The notes beneath the pieces are model-generated. The model did not search any database and was not told where the DNA came from. It was given only the letters and a program-made list of their open reading frames with translations. DNA of 52,678 nucleotides from Klebsormidium nitens (Eukaryota; Plantae; Klebsormidiophyceae). A program made the position numbers and the translations under genes. Shown one piece after another: positions 34,194 to 43,120 of the stretch (position 1 is the first letter of the stretch; each line of letters opens with the position of its first letter). The DNA is taken from assembly GCA_000708835.1 (NCBI GenBank), contig DF237215.1, positions 66,096 to 118,773 on the forward strand. Direction: 5' to 3'.

Positions 34194-37100
34194 ATGGCGT
34201 CTCCTTTGCAGTCTGAGCAGCTCAAGTACTCGTCTGAACCCCTGCAACATCACATGTCAGGACTTGACTCCAATGGAAAGACATCCCTCCTACAAGACAG
34301 TGATTCATTTGTGACTCCGCCCAGGAGACGTTCAGCAAAGGCAGGAGCCACCCCCTACCCTGACGTCAGGAAGCCCACACCACGTTCGGAGGTGACATCA
34401 GCAAGTCCATTGAAAGGGGAATTGGCTGGAGTCAGGACCGTTGCAATCCCGGTGATGCAAGGCATCAAAGTGCTGATTGAGGAGAAGGAGAAGGAGCTGA
34501 CTGCGCTAAGTGAGCGGCGGGTCAAGGGGGTGGAGGCGCAGGCAAAGTAAGAAGGCTGCTCTGGGCCTCTACAGTAGCTTTGCTTCATCAAACGCTGGAA
34601 CAAGAATCTGTTGCTATCTGCATTGTGGGCAAGGTTTTCAATGTTAATACACTTATGCACTCAAAGAGATCAGCGTAAGAATCCACTTGCCTCTAGCATG
34701 CTGGCTGCTGGAGCCCAAATCTCTGCCACAATATTGAGACTACGACAACCAAATCAAGGGTCTTCCTGCTGTTTCCGCTGTAATAGTGTGTTGTGAGCCC
34801 CTTGTTGCTTTGAAACGGCTTGAACAAGACCATTCGCAGTTCATTCGCAACTTGAAGGCTGCTGTCTTGAGACAAGCTTCTTGCTTTACTGTCTTCGTTG
34901 ATCATTGAATGCTAAACGAACTGTCAGTCCAACCACCACACCAACTGGGGACTGTTCCAGCCAACCCCTTCAGATTTCCCTGGAAGGCTACTACTCTGCA
35001 ATGAACGCAGTCACTTCAGATAGTATCTGAGCCCCTATCTCCCATCCCCCTTCATCACCGTCAGTGGTGGGCCGTTCTCAGTACTTAACCCCTTTGTGGC
35101 CCTTCTAAGCGAACAGTTCCAACCCATGCTTTTAGCGGTTTCGTTTGGTTGCTTGCCCTTCTCTGCAAGAAGCTGGCAAGTACCTCCTTTCCCCCTCAAT
35201 CAGACCCTGTTCATAACTCTTTCTAACCCACCTCTCTTCTCAACAGGAGCCTGGCAGAAGATCTGCGCAGGAAAGAAGCCGAGATTGCCACTCTGCAAAG
35301 TCAACTCTCCCAACTTACTTCCGACTTCAAGTACAACCTGAAGCTGCTTGACGAGAGGGATGCAGAGCTTGAGAAACAGGACCAAGAACTGTTGGCATTT
35401 AGAAAGAGTGTTGCGGGTTTGGAGGCGCAGTTACATGAGGTTCGCAGGGGAGAGGGGCAGTGGCGGGAGGAAGCGGAGCGGATGCGGCAGAGGGTGGAGG
35501 AAATGGAGGAGGCAATCGGGGCGTATCAAGAGGTGAGCTGGCAAAGTCGTTGGTTTGTTGCTTTTGCGGGTTTGTGGATAATGATACGTCGAGCTGTCAT
35601 AGAACAAAGCAAGCTTGGTCCGGTTTCAAGGAGAAGGATGGCAAGAAGTGAGTGGGATGAGCGACTATGCGGTCTGGTTAGTATGCTTGTCAGCAGTCTT
35701 GCTTCTGATTCCTCAGCTTTATGGTATTTTGTCTTACTTCATTTTGTACTGGATGGATTGAGAGAGAGAGAGAGAGATAAGGAGTGCCAGTTCGTGAGGG
35801 TTTGAACACAAAGCTGTGAAGTTGCTTTCTGGTGCAAGACATGGTCGATTCCCTTGCCAGTCTTGAGGGTGCCACGTGGGGCCTTATGGTTCATGATCAA
35901 ACTCGAGTTGCTGGACGCTTCTTCGACGATTGGGGGAATGTGCAACAGGGATTGGGGTTCTGATGCAGGTTGTGATGGGATACATGACCAACCTAGAGAA
36001 TGGAAATGCTCAAAAGCGGACTGGAATTCCGCAAGGCACAGAAAGAGCAAAGAAACTACAAAGCTTACACACAGTCTTGAAGAGGGTGATGTAATAATGC
36101 AGGTCGTGGGCACGTGCGCGACTCGCTAGACAAAGAGAGTGTACGATATCAGCAGTGCACCCAAGAAGTTGCGGCAACCCAGTACCAAAGACAAGGTGAC
36201 AAACCATCAGATATTTTCTGTTCGCCTGATCCAGGTCGTGGCAAAAGTCCGTGACCAGCTAGAGGACGCCAAGCGCCTGCGCGACGAGGAGGTTGCGAAA
36301 CAGGCTGCAGAGACGGGGGTGCTCAAAGCGCACCTAGGGGAATTGAACGCTCAGCACGAGGCAGACGTCGAGGCGGCCGTTCAAAGAGCGGAGGAAAGCT
36401 TTCAGGCCGAGAGAATTGCGACGGAGAAACGGGTCTCAGAAATGCGGAGCAAGTTGGAAGAGGGGGAGAATCGGAGACGGGAAGAAGTGCGCAGTTTGCA
36501 AGCCGAAGTGGAGGTGGCTAGAAATAAGGGGAACGAGCGGGTTGCGGAGGAGAGGGAAAAGGGGAAGCGGGAAGTGCAGAAGGTGCAGAAAACGGTGGAC
36601 GAGACGAGCGTCCGGCAGTTGAAACTCGAAGAAGAGCATAGGACGAAAACCGAGCTGCTGCGGAAGCAACTAGGCGCGGAGTACCAGGCGGCGCTACTGA
36701 GGCTGCAGAAGGAGCACGGTGCTGACGTCAGCGCGCGCGTGCGCGCTTTCGAGCGGGAGCGCGAGGCCCTGGAGCGGCAGGCGGGGGCCTGGGAGGAGGA
36801 GCGATTGACACTGGCGGCGCGGCTGGAGGCTGCGGAGAGGGAGGCGCGCGGCGCCGGTGTCAAGTGGGAGGAGCGGGTGCGGGCCTTGCAGGAGGAACGG
36901 TGAGGTGGCCTCAGTAGATGTTTGTCTGGGAGGACACGAAGGATTTGATTTGCACACCGGAGGGTGTGTATTGTGCAGCGGACATTTCAGGTGTTTGTAT
37001 AGCAAGAAGGGAATCATTGGCGTCAGGGGGGCGTTCGCGGCATGACCTTTTTATCAGCTTATTAAAAATAAGCTAGGAGTTTTGCGTTGGGCGAATGTCG

Positions 37101-40100
37101 CCGAGCCACTCGGCGTCTATGGCAAATCAACCTCTCCTGGACCCGCTGCCCGTACATGTCTTGCTTTTGAGTATCTTTCACAGGTGCAACACTCCGCGCT
37201 GCTGAATCATAAACCATAAGCACCCGCTCAAAGCGACCCCTCTTTTCAACAGGAAGCAAGGCGAGCAGCAGACGCAAGCGCTGCAGGCCCGCGTCACGGA
37301 GCTGGAAGGGCTGACGTCAGCGCAGTCTGCGGAGCTAGAAAACGCGCAGCGGCAGTCGCGCATGCTGCAGGCCCTCGTGGACGATCTTCACGCGGCGCTG
37401 CAGGCGAAGGAGGAGGCGACACGTGGCCTGCAGAAGCGGCTGGACGAACTAGAGGTGAGGAGCAAGTCGAGCCCTTTCGTTTTTTGATCCGTTTGTTCTT
37501 CCTCGGACATTTTGGTTTTTGGTTCATTGTCCGTCTTCTGAGACCTGCCTGTTTACGACAAGCATGACGTGTTCTGAACGCAGACTTTCAGGAGTAAACA
37601 GAGAGAACGGAGCAGTCCCCGGCTAAGCCTTTGACTGGGTAAGCGTTATTGGACTTTCTTTTGTGACTTTTGGATCTTTTGAACTGGGTTCTAGGAAACG
37701 GCAGCACTGTTCCTGGCCGTTGTTTACGCAGTTGAACAGGGTTCAAACTCGGACGTGTCAAAAGAAACCTCTAAACGGGGTGACCCTTTTGATGGAGGAC
37801 GAAGAAGACTTGGCAGACGGTTCAGCAGACGGTTCAGCAACTTCATTTTCGGACGGCATTCGGACGGGTGCTTGCCCGTCTGATATGAGCGCCAGAATCT
37901 TGTCCACTTCGTTCGTTTCTTGACACAGCCGTACGAGCTTTCAAAAAGCCATTCTGAAAATTTCGGCAGGCCAGGCCAATCCAGAACCCTCAAACCCTCT
38001 CTGCAGGGTGCCAACGTGGCCGCCGTCGCGGCCCTGGAGCGCGACAAAGCAGAGGCCGAGGCGTCCTTACGTCAGCAGCTGCTGGGCGAGTACGAGGCCA
38101 AGGTCGCGGAGCTTCTGGACGCCCTGCGGACGATGGAAGAGCACGTGGCGTCCGAATCGGACGCCACGTCGCAAAAGTTGGCGGAGCAGGTCGAAGCCCA
38201 CGGGAGAGAAGTAGAAAGACTGGAAGGGCTGTTGGAAGGGAGCCGGCGAAAGGTTGAGGGGTTGGAGATTGAGTGTCGAGAAGTGAAGGAGGAGCGGGAG
38301 AGGGAGAGAGACGATGCGCAGTTTGTGAAGAGCACGTTGGCGGCGCGGGACGCGGAAGTGGAACTATTACGGGGCGAAGTGGAAAGCATCCAGAAAGAGG
38401 TGGAGAATCTGAGCGAGGAGCGGACGGTTCGGACGCAGGAAGAGAAAGTTCGGACGGAAGAGGCGTCCGCGCTGCGTGTGGAGCTGTCCGCACGAGAAGC
38501 GGAAGTGGTGCGGCTTGCAGAGATGCTGGAGAACGCGCGGCATCAAGCCGAAGGCTTAGGATTAGAGGTCGCGCAGAACGACGGTTTAGGGTTTGGAACC
38601 GCGGGCAGGAGCGTCGGAGGATTTGGGGGTTTGGGCGCCGACGGTTTCGCGCTGGTACGGAAGTTGGCCGCCGAGAACGAGGAGCTTCGGAGGCGATTGC
38701 TGGGCGCAGAGGCGACGACGCCGAACGCAGTTCCAAACCCGGGGGGGTTAACGGACGGGCCGGGAGCACACGAAGGGTTACTGAAGTCGCGGACTGTGCG
38801 TCGGTATTCCAGAGACGAAGTGCGGACGGTCTCTGGTTTTGCGGACGGTGAAGAAGAGTCGCGTGGGGGCGAGCTTGGGCAACGAGAGGGTTTGGAGGAA
38901 CCGGGTTTGGGGCGCCTTGGTTTTGGCGAGCAGGGTTTTGTGACGGACAGTGGTCCGCCAATGGGGCTGCAGGTTGACCCGCGCCGGTCTTCTTCTCCAG
39001 CGATTGCGAAGCTCCAGCAAGAGATGCGGGCAGTGAGGCAAACCGTTGCGGCTCTGCGCTCGAGCCACGTGGCAGCTGTGGATGCAATCTCTTCGGATGG
39101 GCGACACGTGTCGCATGCTGAGGGCGATTCTCAAAGCCGGGAAGCACGAAGAGCTCCAAGGCCGCCATTCGCGGACGGCCGCAATTTCGATACGTCTGGG
39201 CCAATGGAAGAGTTGGCGACGCTTCGAAACGAGCTTTTGGCGCTGGGACTGGAGGTCACGGCCGTTAGGGACGCAAGGGAAATATCGAGCAGACCGGAAC
39301 GGGAGGACACGGAACCGGATCCGACAACGGATTCCGATCTGCATGCACTCGGCAACGAGCTACTTCAGCTTAAGGCTGTGGTGCAGAGCTTGGCCGCTCC
39401 AGAAACTGGCCGAACGCGGGTCGAGGCGGGGGACCGGAGAAACGTTTTCCGCGAAGGCAAGAAGAGTGAGAACCAAAGTGGGCAACGGGCAGCGCAAACC
39501 GACGCTGTGACGATCGGTGTACTTCAGCAGATGAAGGAAAGCGTGGCTGCGCTGAGAGCCGAAGTCGCCAGCCTGCAGCGAGCAGAAGTTGGTGCTGTGG
39601 GACGGCAGCAAGTCGATGCACCGTTTGCTAACCCGGTTGCGGGTTTGGTGGGCGAGTTCAGGGCAGGGGTTAACCCCGGCCGGTTAAGCGAACCGACCGA
39701 GGGGTTTTCCGGGGGCTTCGGGACCCCAATCGCATTGACAGGAAGGGATGCGCATCTCAACGGAGAGGCGTTAAAATTGCGTCAGCAGGTGACGTCAGCG
39801 GGGACGGCTGCTGATGTGGCCGCCCTGCAAGAGAGCGTCGCCCAGTTGACGCGCGACCTGCTCGCCTTGAGGTCAGGAGCCGCACCTCTCGGTTCCGGTT
39901 CCGGTTCCGCCCACGGAGTGCAGCAGCTTGTCACCAGCGGACTGACAGGAAAGGCGAGTGGCGGGCAGGTTTTCGCTACAAAGGCGGGTGAGGTTTGGAC
40001 CGAGGGTGAGGAAGCGCGGAACGACCTCAGGGGACCGGAACGGAATAGTCCGATGCTTGTCCCGTCCGAGCTTCTTCAACGAGAGATTGCGGAAGCGCAG

Positions 40101-40733
40101 GCGGAGCTGGCTGCCCTCAGGAGCGGAAGCAAGGCTTTTCCGGCCTTAGGAACGGAGCGGGACAGGCCGGAATCAGGGAGCGGACTCGTGATTGAAGGAA
40201 TGGAAGTCAGCAAGGAAGGCCGGTCTTCAGTGCGGTGGGCGGACGGAGAGTCCACGGAAGGCGTCGAGCCGTCTGAACGAGTTTCCCAGGAAGCCACGGG
40301 GAATAGCGTTTGGGGAAGTCACCCCGGGCAGGCGAGGGGGATCCCTCGGGGGCCTTTGCTGACGTGGACCGACTTAGCGACCTGTCTGGAGCACAGCGAA
40401 AACGAACCGGGCAGAGAACGCTTCGTTCTAGTGGAGGCAGCGAGTGTTGGCAGCGGCCGAAATGGTGCATCCGTGCGTGCAGCGCAGCGCGTGCACTCGG
40501 TTGAAAAATTGCTAGTCAAAAATGCGAGAGAAAATGCATACATTTCAAGTAAACCGTTTAGTTACAGTAAGAAGTGGGGGCAATCCAGCGGGACGGCTCC
40601 CCTTAGAACAGCAAAGTCAGCGGCTGAAGTGCCGCCACATATAGCTATAAATGCGGCGCATAGGAAAGAGAAGCAGAACAAAGTCGGGGATGCCCCAAAA
40701 CTGAACCGAGCAAACCCGACAACCCTCTTTTGA
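34194..40733 (+). CDS. Long coiled-coil protein, CCDC57-like at the N-terminus; exons 34194-34546, 35247-35532, 36235-36899, 37253-37454, 38007-40733, ~1410 aa
   Basis: LIEEKEKEL.AL..RR and SDFKYNLKLLDERDAELEK resemble the recalled animal CCDC57 motifs (LL.RKEEEW.ALQ; EDF.YNL..L.ERD.ELERYD). Heptad-rich E/R/A/L sequence; phases 2,0,2,0 are consistent. Confidence 0.75.
35760..35777. repeat. (GA)9 microsatellite in an intron
   Basis: Seen directly in the sequence. Confidence 0.9.
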
Positions 40734-41320
40734 GGTCGCCTCGAAGTAAGTTGCGTTGTAAATTTGACTCGAATCATGGAGTCTGAGCTTCGTTCCATTT
40801 TAGACAGTGCCAGGTTGACGTCATCCCTGGTCACAGGCCCTACATAGACGGCTGCCAACCGGTTGCGCACCAACTTGTACACATGTTATACTTAACTGTA
40901 CATCCCGATTGCTGTGAGCTCAAGTACGGTAGAGAGCACACGTACAAAAAGGACCTCAAGCTAAGCCGTTTCTCCAACAAGGGTGCACACAATCGATCAT
41001 AAGCCCCCACGTACGAAGCATGCGCGCCACTGCAGCGCATTGGGCTCGGATTATATACATTTGGCGTAGCTAGGCATTGAAGCATGTCATTGCATACAAG
41101 CCGCCCACGTCATGCCATGCACGCAAGAGTTTATAGCGTCAAACGGTTGGAGGACGGAGCCGGGAGAAATCGTCGAGCAACAGTTTAAATGCATTATTGA
41201 GCAGCAATGGATAGAGTAGGTAACGAAGCACGATTTATTCAGGACTCAGGAGTCAGGCGAGGTCCGACGACCGTGCGGCGTGTACCCGTCGTAAGTTTCC
41301 CGACTCTGGTGCATGACGCA

Positions 41321-41495
41321 AGTGTGCCCTAACCGCGGTGTGCCCTAAGATAGGCACCCGGGGGACGGGTAGGGTTAGCTTGGTGGTTAAGGTGGGTCGG
41401 GGTGCGGAGCGCGGGAAGCTCAAAAGGTTAGGTTTTTTATAGTTTGTTCGGTCGGGGTCTACGGATCTTAGGGCACACTGCTCTTCGGGCACACT
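41321..41495. mobile_element. 175-bp MITE-like element with 31-bp terminal inverted repeats
   Basis: Left arm agtgtgccctaaccgcggtgtgccctaagat versus the reverse complement of the right arm agtgtgcccgaagagcagtgtgccctaagat (27/31). The interior is copy B of the dispersed repeat. No clear TSD. Confidence 0.7.
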
Positions 41496-42543
41496 ATCTA
41501 GAGTTACCAGTATGGTACGGGATAGGTACCCCTGTCACGGTGGCCCGCCCCGTGACGTTCGGGCAGATAATTTGCCCAACATATTAGCCTGTTCACAACA
41601 GTATCCTGACTTACGTAACCCCGGGGTTACCGCAGAATTGCTACATACGCATCAGAGGCGAATCCAAGCTAGGTAACTCGAGCTATGTAACTAACCGCAT
41701 GTAGCGCCGGCCTAACTTTTTTTACGCCAAGCCAGGCACTATCCATGTTGTATAAACCGGGAGCTTCTATATCACGACCATCAAACAGCATGCAATTGCC
41801 CAGTATGATGAAAATTGTTTCCGGAATTGAAGTAACTTATGCCACTGAGCATGCAGCATTATTCCATAACAGTGAGAAGTGCAAGCACGTCTCACATGAG
41901 TGGAGATAGGTTTGAAAAACCGAAAAAGAGAGCAGAGCTGCCAGTGCCAGAATGATGTACTGTAAGCAGCTAGATACTGCACAAATGATCCAATGAAATC
42001 TCCATTCTAACGGGGACAAGTCCAGGGGTCTCAGGAGCTTGAATCCTACTCTGCCACAAGGTAACTGACTTAACTGTGTCCTGGCCGTCACTGCTCCTAT
42101 ATGTGCCAAAGCCCCCCAGAACAGCAGACGAGGAGTACGAGGAGGATCACTCTGCAAACATCATGCCATGATACTCAAAAGATGTGCGGCAAAGAAGCAT
42201 GCAAGGCACGTTAACTTGAAGTTTTTGTCCCAGGTGTATGAGATCACACGAGCACCGGCCGGCCCCCAGGCATACGTATTACCGTACCTACTTCCGAGTC
42301 GTACATACCTAGTGCATACCGTACTACAGCTGCTTTGCAAGCTGGCCGGTACCTGCGCTATTCCCGGTACCCTGCATAATTCGCTGCTCAGTGCTGACTC
42401 AGAACTCTGTGCTGAGCAGTGAGGATCCCCCCCAATTCTGCCCGGTATGGCCCCGGGCGATTGCGTACCAGCCGCGCCCGTACCCGGGGCGTTGTCTCGG
42501 CTGTGCAAATGTCGACATAAGGAAGCCCGTCACCCGACTGTCC

Positions 42544-42905
42544 GTGTTCACAAAACTTTGCGTGTGCACACTTTCAAAAGGGATCTTACCCGTACTGCCA
42601 TTCTGATTCGCCCCCAAAGCTCGCGAATAATTATTTTCAAACTTTTTAGGATTTCGCACCAGCCAAACGAGTTTAAATCTATTTTCGTTCTTGCCATTTT
42701 TACTGCTAAAATAGCTGTTTTTGGCTTTCAACTTTTCGCACCGGGCACCAAATAATTTTCGGGAATTTTCGCCGAGGCTGAAAATATTTATCTTTAGGCG
42801 AATTCACAATGGCAGTACGGGTAGTAGTAGGTATACCGGTAATATCTTTGCAGACAGCCAAAGCCAGAATCCATTGAAAGTGTGCACACGCAAGATTTTG
42901 AACAC
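42544..42905. mobile_element. Outer MITE-like element with ~27-32-bp TIRs, interrupted by an inner MITE
   Basis: caaaactttgcgtgtgcacactttcaa (42551-42577) versus ttgaaagtgtgcacacgcaagattttg (42874-42900), 25/27 inverted match, extendable by gtgtt/aacac. Confidence 0.7.
42589..42821. mobile_element. Inner 233-bp MITE with TA target-site duplication (Tc1/mariner-like)
   Basis: TA|cccgtactgccattctgattcgcc ... ggcgaattcacaatggcagtacggg|TA with an AT-rich interior. Confidence 0.7.
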
Positions 42906-43120
42906 CCCATGCATTAAATGCATGATGCAGGGCCTAGACTCCTGAGCCCTGTGCCTGAGCCCACACTGCACAGGCCCCAATCGAACAGACTGCTAGACGA
43001 AAGAGGGCAGTAGGTATTCGAATCAAGGCAAGTCAAATCTGGACAAAGAAGTCATACGCGCATTTAGGTAGGTAGTTTGAACGCCTCGGCCATGGGATAC
43101 TTGGCAATACTCCTCGCAAC

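Noticed and set aside
34542-34547. GC donor at CAG|GCAAAG in the CCDC57-like gene
   Set aside because: The next exon needs phase 2, which the nearby GTAAGA donor at 34547 provides.
37990-39344. 404-aa and 188-aa minus-strand ORFs
   Set aside because: These are antisense shadows of the GC-rich last exon of the coiled-coil gene.
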